This document shows positions 1-9,356 of a stretch of DNA of 64,000 bases, piece after piece. Numbering within the stretch: the stretch's first letter is position 1; each line of letters starts with the position of its first letter. The notes under the pieces are model-generated. The model had not been told where the DNA came from and did not search any database. It saw nothing but the letters and a program-made list of their open reading frames with translations. The stretch is taken from NCBI GenBank assembly GCA_965552055.1, contig CBEVQO010000002.1, positions 430,796-494,795 of the forward strand, given 5' to 3'. The DNA comes from an uncultured bacterium (GTDB lineage: Bacteria > Hydrothermota > UBA3073 > NMUJ01 > CBEVQO01). The translations under genes were made by a program, and so were the position numbers.

Positions 1-1
1 A

Positions 2-805
2 TTTATAAAATCAGATGATATAAACATTTTAATTGACCCTGCGGTTGCTCTTGGACCAAGAAGATATGGCTTGCCACCACATAAAAAGGAACTCGAAAGA
101 AAAGAGGAACACTGGAAAAAAATAAAAGAATATGCAAAAAAAGCAGATTTGATAATAATAACACATTATCATTATGACCATCACAATCCAAATTATCCCG
201 AACTTTTTAAAGACAAAATTTTATTTATAAAGCATCCTGAGAAAAACATAAACCGCAGTCAATATGTGCGTGCAAAGCGCTTTCTGGAGCGAATTGAGGG
301 ATATCCAAAGGAGATAAGAATTGCAGAAGGTGTGGAAGAAAAATTTGGAAAATTAAGGTTAAAAATATCACAAAGTGTATGGCATGGTAACGATAAAAGA
401 TTGGGTTTTGTAGTGGAAATTTTTATCGAAGAAGATAAAAGATTTTTGTTCACATCGGATGTTGAAGGACCTGTTACAGATGAACAAACTTTATTTATTC
501 TTGAGAACGACCCCGATATTATTTTTTCGGATGGTCCCATGACCTATCAGCCACAGGTTTATGATGAAGAAACTTTAAAGAAGGCAATTGAAAATATAAA
601 AAAGATAATCGAAAAGACAGGAGTAAAAAAATATATTCTTGACCATCATCTTGTAAGAGACCTTGAATTTTCTCGTAAGATAAAAGAGATTTTTGAAGTA
701 GCAGAGCAAAATGGCTGTGAGATTATGACGGCTGCGAAATTCGGTGGCTTTGAAGAAGATTTCCTTGAAGCACACAGAAAAGATTTGTGGAAAGGAGAAA
801 AATAA
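2..805 (+). CDS. Metallo-beta-lactamase-fold hydrolase, UPF0282-like (5' end outside window)
   Basis: Frame is open from base 2 (FIKSDDINILIDPAVALGPRRYGLPPH); THYHYDH metal motif, FTSDVEGP and DHH motifs. Confidence 0.8.
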   Translation, partial: FIKSDDINILIDPAVALGPRRYGLPPHKKELERKEEHWKKIKEYAKKADLIIITHYHYDHHNPNYPELFKDKILFIKHPEKNINRSQYVRAKRFLERIEGYPKEIRIAEGVEEKFGKLRLKISQSVWHGNDKRLGFVVEIFIEEDKRFLFTSDVEGPVTDEQTLFILENDPDIIFSDGPMTYQPQVYDEETLKKAIENIKKIIEKTGVKKYILDHHLVRDLEFSRKIKEIFEVAEQNGCEIMTAAKFGGFEEDFLEAHRKDLWKGEK

Positions 806-806
806 C

Positions 807-833
807 TTGACTTTACAGTTCTTTAATTAAAAT
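807..833 (+). promoter_or_regulatory. sigma70-like promoter TTGACT-N15-TAAAAT
   Basis: Intergenic; -10 lies 5 nt before ATG 839; no SD. Confidence 0.65.
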
Positions 834-835
834 AA

Positions 836-1249
836 ATGATGAAAAGAGATTTACCTTTGACTCCACAAGAAGCAATTGAAAGGTCAGAAGAATATTATAA
901 CAACGCCAAAGAAATTTTAAAAGATGTGGAAATAAAATTTGGGATTTACACTGATGGCAAAAAGGTAAGGGAAGCATGTGCAATGGGTTATCTGTCTGCA
1001 TTGACCGCAATAGACGCATATCTGCTGAAAAGAGGTAAAAAGCCAGAAGAATTGCCAACATCTTTTGCGGAATACAGAGAGGTGGTATCAAAAATGCCTT
1101 ACAATGGAAAGCTAACAGCATCTTTAACCGCAGTTTACCAGAACCTTCATGTGCTCGGATATTACAGAGGCGGTATAGAAGTAGAGATGATTAAATCTGG
1201 CTTCAAACATGCAAAGAGAATAATCGATACAATTAAGAAACTGGTATGA
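836..1249 (+). CDS. DUF5618-like/HEPN-like helical protein, copy 1 (start may be 839)
   Basis: YYNNAKEIL...VREACAMGYLSALTAID...LHVLGYY pattern. Confidence 0.6.
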   Translation: MMKRDLPLTPQEAIERSEEYYNNAKEILKDVEIKFGIYTDGKKVREACAMGYLSALTAIDAYLLKRGKKPEELPTSFAEYREVVSKMPYNGKLTASLTAVYQNLHVLGYYRGGIEVEMIKSGFKHAKRIIDTIKKLV

Positions 1250-1659
1250 TGAAGAGGGATTTGCCCTTAAATCCTAAAGAAGCGATTGAAAGGTCTGAAG
1301 AATATTACAATAATGCGAAAGAAATTTTAAAAGATGTTGAGATAAAATTTGGTCTTTATACCGATGGCAAAAAGGTAAGGGAGGCATGTGCAATGGGCTA
1401 TCTGTCTGCATTGACCGCAATAGACGCATATCTGCTGAAAAGAGGAAAAAAGCCAGAGGAATTGCCAACATCTTTCGCGGAATACAGAGAGGTGGTATCA
1501 AAAATGCCTTACAATGGAAAGCTAACAGCATCTTTAACCGCAGTTTATCAAAATCTTCATGTTTTTGGATATTACAGGGGTGGAATAGAAGTAGAGATGA
1601 TTAAATCTGGCTTCAAACATGCAAAAAGAATAATCGATACGATTAAGAAACTGGTGTAA
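1246..1659 (+). CDS. DUF5618-like/HEPN-like helical protein, copy 2
   Basis: 133/137 aa identical to copy 1; ATGA overlap. Confidence 0.6.
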   Translation: MMKRDLPLNPKEAIERSEEYYNNAKEILKDVEIKFGLYTDGKKVREACAMGYLSALTAIDAYLLKRGKKPEELPTSFAEYREVVSKMPYNGKLTASLTAVYQNLHVFGYYRGGIEVEMIKSGFKHAKRIIDTIKKLV

Positions 1660-2660
1660 TGGAAAGAATACTGCTTGTTAGGACGCATGCGATCGGAGAT
1701 GTATTGCTGACAACACCGGCTGTAAAAGCTGCGAGAAAAATTTATCCAGATGCAAAAATAGATTACTTAACAACAAAATGGTCAAAAGAAGCAATAACTT
1801 TAAATCCTAATATAGACGAAATAATAGCAGTGGATGACGATGTTTTTTTCTCAAAAAATCCTACAAAAATCATCAAATTGGTAAAAGAATTGAAAAAAAG
1901 AAATTATGATAGAATTTATGCATTTCACAGATCAAAGAAAATCCATCTTTTATGCAAGTTAATAGGCAATAAAGTAACAGGAATATCTGATGGCGATTTT
2001 AATCCTTTTCTCGATGAAAAAATAGTTTTAAAAAGGGAAAACAGCAATTATGTGGCAGATGATTATCTAAAAATGTTTAACATTGAAATTGAAAATTCTT
2101 CTCTCGAATTTTACTGGAGCAAGGAAGATGAAATTTTTATTGATAATTTAATTGGTGATTTAAGGTTTGTCTGTGTAGCACCTGGTGGTGCACATAATCC
2201 TGCGGAAAGCGTCTGGCAAAAATTGTGGAAGATTGAGAATTTTATAAAAGTAATTAAATATTTGAAAAACAGGAAGGAAAAAGTTATAATAGTGGGTGGC
2301 AAGAGCGATGAAAAAATTTGTAAGGAAATCGAAGAAAAATGCGAAATTTTAAATCTGTGCGGTAAATTAACTTTAAAGCATCTCGGAGTTTTGTTGAAAA
2401 GGAGTAAATTTTTATTAACAAATGATAGTGCACCCCTTCATATTGCTGTTGCGGTAAATACTCCTGTTATCGGGCTTTTTGGACCCACATCCCCTGATGT
2501 GCTTTTACCCAAAAGAGAAAACATTATAGCAATAAGGAGCGATGCCGAATGTAGCCCCTGTTATGTTAACCGCAGATTTAAAGGATGTAAAAAGCCAATT
2601 TGTATGGATATGATAACCACTGATAAAGTAATCTCCGTAATTGAGAAGAAATTCTATTAA
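1659..2660 (+). CDS. GT9 lipopolysaccharide heptosyltransferase (WaaF-like)
   Basis: ILLVRTHAIGDVLLTTP; TNDSAPLHIAVA; LFGPT; CSPC. Confidence 0.85.
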   Translation: MERILLVRTHAIGDVLLTTPAVKAARKIYPDAKIDYLTTKWSKEAITLNPNIDEIIAVDDDVFFSKNPTKIIKLVKELKKRNYDRIYAFHRSKKIHLLCKLIGNKVTGISDGDFNPFLDEKIVLKRENSNYVADDYLKMFNIEIENSSLEFYWSKEDEIFIDNLIGDLRFVCVAPGGAHNPAESVWQKLWKIENFIKVIKYLKNRKEKVIIVGGKSDEKICKEIEEKCEILNLCGKLTLKHLGVLLKRSKFLLTNDSAPLHIAVAVNTPVIGLFGPTSPDVLLPKRENIIAIRSDAECSPCYVNRRFKGCKKPICMDMITTDKVISVIEKKFY

Positions 2661-2670
2661 AATTTTTAAT

Positions 2671-2794
2671 GCGAGCGAAAGCGAGTAAGGCACTGCCTTG
2701 ACCACGCTGTGGCTTTATAAACACCCTTCCCGTAATGAATCACAAGTACCTTGAGAGGGGTGTGCACGAGGGCGGTGGGGACAGGGAGGTGGGC
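2671..2794 (+). ncRNA. Candidate structured ncRNA (rod with internal bubble; possibly 6S-like)
   Basis: GC-rich island; CACUGCCUUG/CAGGGAGGUG, CCAC-GCU/GGC-GUGG and ACACCCUUC/GAGGGGUGU pairings; G-U pairs favour the + strand. Confidence 0.5.
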
Positions 2795-2803
2795 AAAAAA
2801 TAT

Positions 2804-2830
2804 TTGACAAATAAATAATTTGATTAAATT
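2804..2830 (+). promoter_or_regulatory. promoter TTGACA-N15-TAAATT
   Basis: -10 lies 5 nt before rph ATG. Confidence 0.7.
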
Positions 2831-2835
2831 TAGAG

Positions 2836-3549
2836 ATGAGATTCGATGGTAGAAATTATGATGAACTGAGACCCCTTGAAATCATAAAGGATTATTTAAA
2901 GGATGTTGAAGGTTCGTGTCTTATAAAACTTGGCAATACCCATGTTATCTGTACTGCTACTGTTCAATCAGGTGCGCCGAAATTTGCGAAGGACCAGGGT
3001 ATTGGCTGGGTTACCGCGGAATACAGGATGATACCGAGAGCTGTTCCCGAGCGCCTTCCCCGTGACAAAATAAACGGAAGGTCAATAGAGATACAGAGAA
3101 TTATAGGAAGGTCTTTGAGAGGAGCATGCGATTTATCTTTACTAAATGGTTATACAATATGGATTGATTGTGATGTGATACAGGCAGATGGTGGCACAAG
3201 GGTTACTTCGATCATCGGTGGTTTTGTTGCACTTTATGATGCAATTCAACATATGTTATCACTTGGAATGATTGAAAAAAGTCCCATCAAAAAATTCATA
3301 GGCGCTGTAAGTGTGGGTATTGTGGAAGGCAAACCTATGCTTGATTTAACTTTTGAAGAAGATTCAAAAGCAGATGTTGACATGAATGTCGTAATGACCG
3401 AAAATTATGAGATTATTGAATTACAGGCAACGGGAGAAGGAGGAACTTTAAAAGAAGAAGATTTAAAATTAATGCTTGAACTTGCCAAAAAAGGAATAAA
3501 TGAAATAATAAATAAGGAAAAAGAAGTCCTGTGGTTGAAGCGTAGTTAA
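2836..3549 (+). CDS. rph: Ribonuclease PH
   Basis: MRFDGR..DELRP; GWVTAEY; EIQRIIGRSLR; DCDVIQADGGTR; DVDMNVVMT. Confidence 0.95.
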   Translation: MRFDGRNYDELRPLEIIKDYLKDVEGSCLIKLGNTHVICTATVQSGAPKFAKDQGIGWVTAEYRMIPRAVPERLPRDKINGRSIEIQRIIGRSLRGACDLSLLNGYTIWIDCDVIQADGGTRVTSIIGGFVALYDAIQHMLSLGMIEKSPIKKFIGAVSVGIVEGKPMLDLTFEEDSKADVDMNVVMTENYEIIELQATGEGGTLKEEDLKLMLELAKKGINEIINKEKEVLWLKRS

Positions 3550-3560
3550 TCCACCTTCAA

Positions 3561-4517
3561 ATGCCTCTAATAGTTTTTGAAAGAAAAGTTCGTGCTGGTG
3601 CAGGAATGCGTCTTGACAAATATTTACATCAAGTAGGACTCGGACTCTCTCGTACACAAATCCAGAAATTAATAGAAGAAGGCAAAGTACTGGTAAATGG
3701 CAGACCTGTAAAACCCAGTTATACTTTGAAAAGAGGAGATGAAATTTATGCAGAATACGAAAGAAAAGAACCTTTAAAGATAGAACCTGAACCCATTCCC
3801 CTTGATATAATTTATGAAGATGATTACATAGTAGTTGTGAACAAGCCTGCTGGTATGGTTACGCACCCTGCGCCCGGCAATCTACGTGGCACCCTTGTAA
3901 ATGCGCTTTTACATCACTGCGGCTTGGCAAAAGCAGATAGTATCGCAAGACCAGGCGTAGTCCATAGACTTGATAAAGACACATCGGGAGTTATTGTTTT
4001 CGCAAAAGAAAAGATTGCCTTATCAAATCTTGCAGAACAACTGCAAAAAAGAAGAATGAAAAAAGAATATTTAACATTTGTATGGGGAAATTTGCCACTG
4101 GATAAAGGAATAATCGATGCTCCGATTGGCAGGGATTTTATCGATAGGAAAAAAATGGCAGTAACACCTCTTTTATCCAAAGATGCTATTACCGAATATT
4201 TTGTTGAAAAGCGTTATAAATACATAACATTTGCGAGGGTGCATATTTTAACAGGCAGGACACATCAAATAAGGGTACACATGGCGCACATAGGGCATCC
4301 TGTTGTGGGTGACGAAACTTATCAGGGTAGACAGCGCTTATCGGGTATACCCCATGAATTTTTCGAAAAGGTTTTAGAAATTATGCAAAGACAGGCGTTG
4401 CATTCACATAAACTTGGTTTTGAACATCCTGTTACAAAAAAATGGATGGAATTTGAAGCTCCTCTTCCAGAAGACATGAGAAACTTAAAAGAGTTTTTGG
4501 AGGCACAAATTAATTGA
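3561..4517 (+). CDS. rluD: RluA-family pseudouridine synthase with S4 domain
   Basis: RLDKYL S4 domain; NKPAGMVTHP; VHRLDKDTSG; TGRTHQIRVH; RQALH. Confidence 0.9.
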   Translation: MPLIVFERKVRAGAGMRLDKYLHQVGLGLSRTQIQKLIEEGKVLVNGRPVKPSYTLKRGDEIYAEYERKEPLKIEPEPIPLDIIYEDDYIVVVNKPAGMVTHPAPGNLRGTLVNALLHHCGLAKADSIARPGVVHRLDKDTSGVIVFAKEKIALSNLAEQLQKRRMKKEYLTFVWGNLPLDKGIIDAPIGRDFIDRKKMAVTPLLSKDAITEYFVEKRYKYITFARVHILTGRTHQIRVHMAHIGHPVVGDETYQGRQRLSGIPHEFFEKVLEIMQRQALHSHKLGFEHPVTKKWMEFEAPLPEDMRNLKEFLEAQIN

Positions 4518-4540
4518 CAAAACTGTAAATCGATTATAAT
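4514..4540 (+). promoter_or_regulatory. promoter TTGACA-N15-TATAAT
   Basis: Perfect hexamers, followed by SD AGGAGGG and ATG 4560. Confidence 0.75.
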
Positions 4541-4559
4541 GGGCTAAAAAGGAGGGATT

Positions 4560-4979
4560 ATGGCAAGGATTGAGGACTATGAATTGCCGGATGACCTTTA
4601 TTACCATAAAGAGCATTTCTGGGTAAGAGTAGAAGACAAAAAAGCTGTTGTGGGCTTTACTGACTTTGCTCAAAAAATGGCAGGTGAGATTAGTTTCGTA
4701 GAATTGCCCGAAGTTGACCAGGATGTACAAAAAGACGAAGTAATAGGTTCAATCGAAACAGGTAAATGGCTTGGAAAAATTTACGCACCACTATCTGGTA
4801 CAATCACAAGAGTAAATGAAGAGTTAGAGGACGAACCCACTCTCATAAACGAAGACCCATACGGTAGAGGATGGCTGTTTGAAATGGAAATAACAAATCC
4901 AGATGAACTTAAAGAATTATATAAAGGAGAAAAAGCTGTTGAATGGCTTAAGGAAGAAATCAAAAAATATAAAAAATAG
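4560..4979 (+). CDS. gcvH: GcvH/LbpA-like lipoyl carrier protein
   Basis: GFTDFAQ, IETGKW lipoyl-Lys motif, INEDPYGRGW. Confidence 0.85.
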   Translation: MARIEDYELPDDLYYHKEHFWVRVEDKKAVVGFTDFAQKMAGEISFVELPEVDQDVQKDEVIGSIETGKWLGKIYAPLSGTITRVNEELEDEPTLINEDPYGRGWLFEMEITNPDELKELYKGEKAVEWLKEEIKKYKK

Positions 4980-4983
4980 CAAG

Positions 4984-6027
4984 ATGTATTTGTTTAACCT
5001 CGGATATCTCGAAGGTTTTGATTCCATGACAGTTTTCCATGCTCTTGCGCGTCTCGGAATAGAAGGATTGTGCATCTGTTCACCTGCATCGCCTCAAATA
5101 AGTATAGGATACTTTCAGGATGCGGAAAAAGAAATAGACCTTGAAATGTGCAAAAAACTTGGCTTACCTTATATGCGTAGAGAAGTGGGAGGAGGTGCGA
5201 CTTATCTTGACCAAAATCAAATTTTTTATCAAGTTATCCTGAAAAAAGACAATCCATTATTCACAAGAGATGTTTCAAAACTTTTTGAAACTTTTTCCCA
5301 GCCTGTGTGTGAAATGTATAAAGAATTTGGCATAAAGGCACAATTTAAACCCATTAATGACATTGTAACTGCAGAAGGTCGCAAAATATCAGGCGAAGGC
5401 GTTGGAGATATTGGAGAATGCATAGTATTCGTGGGAGGTGTCCTTCTTGATTTTAATTATGACACAATGGTGAAAATCTTAAAAGTACCTGACGAAAAAT
5501 TTAGAGATAAAATTTACAAATCTATGAAAGAATATCTCACAACGATGAAAAAAGAATTAGGTGAAATACCAGATAGAGAGGAAATTGTAAAAGTATTAAT
5601 TGAAAAATTTGAAAATCTACTCGGAAAACTAACACCTGCAAAATTAACTCCTGAAATTTATCAAAAAATGAAAGAAGTTGAAAAATATTTAACATCTCCC
5701 GAAATGATTTATAAAAAGACGATGAAAAGATTTGAAGGAGTAAAAATCAAAGGCGGTGTTGAAATTATCTGGGGACTTCACAAAGCAAAAGGCGGACTCA
5801 TAAGGACAGCACAGGAAGTAAAGGAAGAAAAAATCGAAGATGTTGAAATAACAGGAGATTTTACTTGTTATCCAAAGGAAGGATTACAAAAGATTGAAGA
5901 AAATGTTAAAGGTGTGAAGAGAAAAAGAGAAAAAGTAATGGAGAAAATAGAAGAAGCAAAAGAAAAAGGAAAAATTCAAACACCCGGAGTTGAAGTAGAA
6001 GATTTTGCTATAGCTTTAAAATTATGA
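4984..6027 (+). CDS. Lipoate-protein ligase (LplA catalytic + C-terminal domain)
   Basis: SIGYFQD; RREVGGGATYLD; KPINDI; RKISG; KAKGGLIR...ITGDF. Confidence 0.85.
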   Translation: MYLFNLGYLEGFDSMTVFHALARLGIEGLCICSPASPQISIGYFQDAEKEIDLEMCKKLGLPYMRREVGGGATYLDQNQIFYQVILKKDNPLFTRDVSKLFETFSQPVCEMYKEFGIKAQFKPINDIVTAEGRKISGEGVGDIGECIVFVGGVLLDFNYDTMVKILKVPDEKFRDKIYKSMKEYLTTMKKELGEIPDREEIVKVLIEKFENLLGKLTPAKLTPEIYQKMKEVEKYLTSPEMIYKKTMKRFEGVKIKGGVEIIWGLHKAKGGLIRTAQEVKEEKIEDVEITGDFTCYPKEGLQKIEENVKGVKRKREKVMEKIEEAKEKGKIQTPGVEVEDFAIALKL

Positions 6028-6722
6028 TAGGGGTATTTTTTGGATGCACAACAAGGTCCAATGAATATTTGGATGCCAATCTCAACACTTTTCTTAAAAA
6101 GATAAAGATTAGTTTTTTACCACTTGGCAGAGAGTTATGCTGTGGTGCTCCTCTCCATCTCGCAGGCACAGAGCATGATTTCAAAGAACAGGCAAAAAAA
6201 GTAAAAGAAGAAATTGAAAAACAAAAATTAAATTTAATAATCACAACATGTCCTCATTGTTTTACAACTCTAAAATATGAATATTCGAAAATTGGAATTC
6301 AGTTAGAAAAAGAAGTTTTACATATCACCCAGTTTATTAAAAAAATGATAGATGAAGGAAACCTGATTTTCCAGAAAAAATTGAATAAAAAAATATTATA
6401 TCACGACCCATGCTATATCGGGAGGCAGAGTGAAGGTATTTTTGACGAACCAAGAGAAATCTTACGAAAAGCAGGCTATGAGATAGTGGAATTTGATTTA
6501 AACAGAGACAACTCTATTTGTTGTGGCGGAGGAGGTTTATTGCGCGCTTATTTACCAAAGTTATCGGTTGAGGTATCAAAAGAAAAATTAATAACTTATG
6601 GTAAAGAAGCCGATTTTGTAACAGCTCCCTGTCCTTTTTGCTATCAAAATCTAAAAGAAGGTGCAGAAGGTTTAAATTATGAGGTTAAAGATTTTATCGA
6701 AATTTTGCTGGAAGCATTATGA
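6024..6722 (+). CDS. Two-CCG-domain Fe-S protein (GlpC/HdrB/LutA-like)
   Basis: CCG..CPHC; YHDPCYIGR; CCGGGG; CPFC. Confidence 0.85.
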   Translation: MIGVFFGCTTRSNEYLDANLNTFLKKIKISFLPLGRELCCGAPLHLAGTEHDFKEQAKKVKEEIEKQKLNLIITTCPHCFTTLKYEYSKIGIQLEKEVLHITQFIKKMIDEGNLIFQKKLNKKILYHDPCYIGRQSEGIFDEPREILRKAGYEIVEFDLNRDNSICCGGGGLLRAYLPKLSVEVSKEKLITYGKEADFVTAPCPFCYQNLKEGAEGLNYEVKDFIEILLEAL

Positions 6723-7969
6723 AAAAGTTCACAGAATATAAAAAACAGATTTATAAAGTTATAAAAGATGAGTTTACACGAACGGCTTTAAGACGGGCGG
6801 TATCGTCTTTTAGAAAAGCACGCGATGAAGCTCTAAAAATGTTCCCCTATGTCGAAGAAGAAAGAAAAAAATTGAGAGAAATAAAAGAAAAAGTATTGTC
6901 AAACCTCGAATATTGGATTGACAAAGTAATGGAAATTGCAAAGAAGAATAAAGTCAATGTTTATTTTGCAAAAAATTCATGTGAAGCCCTTGAAATAATT
7001 AAAAATATCGTTGGTAATGGGAAACGAATAGTAAAGTCAAAATCCATAACCTCAGAAGAACTTGAACTAAACAAGTATCTCGAAGAATGGGGAAATGAAG
7101 TTTATGAAACGGATTTGGGCGAATTCATAGTGCAGTTGTTGAAATCCCGTCCGATGCATATTCTTACGCCTGCTGTTAATGTACCAAAAGAAAAAGTTGC
7201 AGAATTATTTTCAAAAGTAGCAGGAAAAGATTTGCCATCCGACCCTGTAAAGCTTACTCTTTTTGCACGCGAATATTTGCGTGATAAATTTATAACTGCA
7301 GATGTTGGAATCAGCGGTGCAAATGTTATAACAGCCGATACAGGTTCAGTATTTTTAATCGAAAATGAAGGTAATATAAGATTTGTTACAAATGCTCCTC
7401 CTGTTCATATTGTCCTTTGTGGTGTTGAAAAGATTTTACCTACTTTAAGGGATGGTATGCTCTTTGTTGAAGTTATCTCACGCTATGCCGGTTACCCTGC
7501 AATGACCTATGTATCCATAATTTCCGGTCCTTCAAAAACTGGTGATATCGAGAAAACGGTCGTTTACGGTGCTCATGGTCCCCGTGAATTACATATAATT
7601 TTACTTGATAACGGTAGATGTGAAGTTGCGAAAAATGATGATTTGAGAGAATTTTTACTTTGTGCAAGATGCGGTGCATGTATGTACGAATGCGCAGTAT
7701 ATCCTATAACAACAGGATACTGGGGATATAGATACATGGGAGGAATTGGTATCCCATGGACAGCATTTATAGCAGGAGGTCTCGAAGAAGCTGCTCCACT
7801 TGCTTTCACCTGCACACTTTGTGGTAGATGTAAAAAGTATTGCCCAATGGAAATAGATACCCCCAAACTTGTTGAAAAAATAAGAAAAATACTTTTTGAA
7901 AAAGATTTGATACCACCTTACATCAAAAAAATGGTAGAGGAAATCAAAGAAAAAGGTGTTCCTTATTAG
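6719..7969 (+). CDS. LUD-domain 4Fe-4S protein (LutB/LldF-like)
   Basis: KSKSITSEE; ETDLGEFIVQL; ENEGN; SGPSKTGDIE; GAHGP; CxxCxxC twice. Confidence 0.85.
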   Translation: MKKFTEYKKQIYKVIKDEFTRTALRRAVSSFRKARDEALKMFPYVEEERKKLREIKEKVLSNLEYWIDKVMEIAKKNKVNVYFAKNSCEALEIIKNIVGNGKRIVKSKSITSEELELNKYLEEWGNEVYETDLGEFIVQLLKSRPMHILTPAVNVPKEKVAELFSKVAGKDLPSDPVKLTLFAREYLRDKFITADVGISGANVITADTGSVFLIENEGNIRFVTNAPPVHIVLCGVEKILPTLRDGMLFVEVISRYAGYPAMTYVSIISGPSKTGDIEKTVVYGAHGPRELHIILLDNGRCEVAKNDDLREFLLCARCGACMYECAVYPITTGYWGYRYMGGIGIPWTAFIAGGLEEAAPLAFTCTLCGRCKKYCPMEIDTPKLVEKIRKILFEKDLIPPYIKKMVEEIKEKGVPY

Positions 7970-7977
7970 GGGGTAAA

Positions 7978-9066
7978 ATGGAAGAAATGATTGAAGTACC
8001 GGTTAAGAATTTAAAAGAATTCACAAAACAGTTCTTTACAGGTCTTGGATGCACCGAAGAAGATGCAGAAATTTCTGCTGATCTTCTAATAGCAGCTGAC
8101 AGAAGAGGAATAAGTTCACATGGAGTCCAGCGTCTCAAAAGATATTACACTTATGTAAAAGAGGGACGTATTAAACCAAGGTACGAATTAAAAATTATAA
8201 AAGAAACACCCAACACTCTTACAGTATCTGGAGGATTTGGTATGGGTCATCCTGTTGCTTATAAGGTTATGAAAATGGTAATAAACAAAGCAAAAGAAAC
8301 TGGAATGTGCTTTGCAACTGTAAGGGAATCAAATCACTTTGGTATAGCAGGTTATTATGCGATGATGGCGTTGCCTTACGATATGATAGGAATAGCGCTT
8401 ACAAATACCGAACCTATTGTTGTGCCTACACATGGCAGGACAGTAGCTATCGGCACCAATCCCATTTCGGTAGCTGTACCTGCTAAAGAAGAACGACCAT
8501 TTGTACTTGACATGGGCACTTCTACGGTAGTGCGTGGCAAAGTTGAAATCTATGCAAGATTAGGTAAAGAAATGCCAGGAACATGGGCTGCAAATGAAGA
8601 AGGCTATCCAATACAAGACCCTGCAAAAGCCCTCGAAAATATAAAAAAGAGAAAAGGAGGAGGATTACTTCCTCTTGGTGGCGCAGAAGAAGAAACAGGC
8701 GGTCATAAAGGTTATGGCCTTGCCGTTCTCGTTGATATTCTTTGTGGAGTATTATCTGGTGGTGCCTTTGGTGCACTTGTAGCGCGTGACCCAAAATCTC
8801 CACCCAACATCTGCCATTTCCTTGGCGCTATAAGAATTGACCTATTCTGTGAACCTGAGGAATTTAAAAAGAGAATGGATGAATTCATCAGAATGTTAAA
8901 AAATACCCCAAAAGCAAAGGGAAAAGACAGAATTTGGATACACGGTGAAAAAGAGTTCGAGGCAGAGGAACGCCATAGAGAAAAAGTGCCAGTCTACCGA
9001 AATGTATTGGACGAAATTAAAAAACTCGGAAAAGAACTTGGAGCAGATATCTCGCTTTTGCCTTAA
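7978..9066 (+). CDS. Ldh_2-family (AllD/ComC-type) 2-hydroxyacid dehydrogenase
   Basis: ADRRGISSHG; SNHFGIAGYY; GTNPI; GHKGYGL; HGEKE. Confidence 0.9.
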   Translation: MEEMIEVPVKNLKEFTKQFFTGLGCTEEDAEISADLLIAADRRGISSHGVQRLKRYYTYVKEGRIKPRYELKIIKETPNTLTVSGGFGMGHPVAYKVMKMVINKAKETGMCFATVRESNHFGIAGYYAMMALPYDMIGIALTNTEPIVVPTHGRTVAIGTNPISVAVPAKEERPFVLDMGTSTVVRGKVEIYARLGKEMPGTWAANEEGYPIQDPAKALENIKKRKGGGLLPLGGAEEETGGHKGYGLAVLVDILCGVLSGGAFGALVARDPKSPPNICHFLGAIRIDLFCEPEEFKKRMDEFIRMLKNTPKAKGKDRIWIHGEKEFEAEERHREKVPVYRNVLDEIKKLGKELGADISLLP

Positions 9067-9077
9067 TTTTTAACTTT

Positions 9078-9347
9078 TTATTTTCTTAAACCCAGCTCCT
9101 TTATTATTTTTCGATATCTTTCCGGGTCTTTTTCCATCAAATATTGTAACAATCTTTTTCTCTTGTTAACCATGGCGATCAGTCCTCTTCTCGAGTGTAT
9201 ATCCTTTTTGTGTTGCGAGAGATGTCGTGTAAGGTTGTTGATTCTTTCTGTAAGAATCGCTATCTGCACCTCAGGTGACCCTGTATCTTTTTCGTGTAAT
9301 CTAAATTTTTCTATGAGTTCTTTTTTCCTTTCTTTTGATATCGACAT
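9078..9347 (-). CDS. rpsO: 30S ribosomal protein S15
   Basis: [32 protein letters not shown]. Confidence 0.97.
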   Translation of the reverse strand: MSISKERKKELIEKFRLHEKDTGSPEVQIAILTERINNLTRHLSQHKKDIHSRRGLIAMVNKRKRLLQYLMEKDPERYRKIIKELGLRK

Positions 9348-9356
9348 CCCTCCCTC

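Larger units (their letters stand above)
836..1659 (+). repeat. Tandem whole-gene duplication (2 x 414 nt, 4-nt overlap)
   Basis: Direct codon-by-codon comparison. Confidence 0.95.

Noticed and set aside
2671..2794. SRP RNA, tmRNA, RNase P RNA or TPP/SAM/cobalamin riboswitch identity for the structured element
   Set aside because: Their hallmark motifs are absent on both strands
3613..3640. TTGACA inside rluD as a promoter
   Set aside because: Encodes the conserved RLDK and has no -10 at the 15-nt spacing
4903..4983. Extended start of the lipoate ligase
   Set aside because: Overlaps gcvH out of frame; homology begins at ATG 4984
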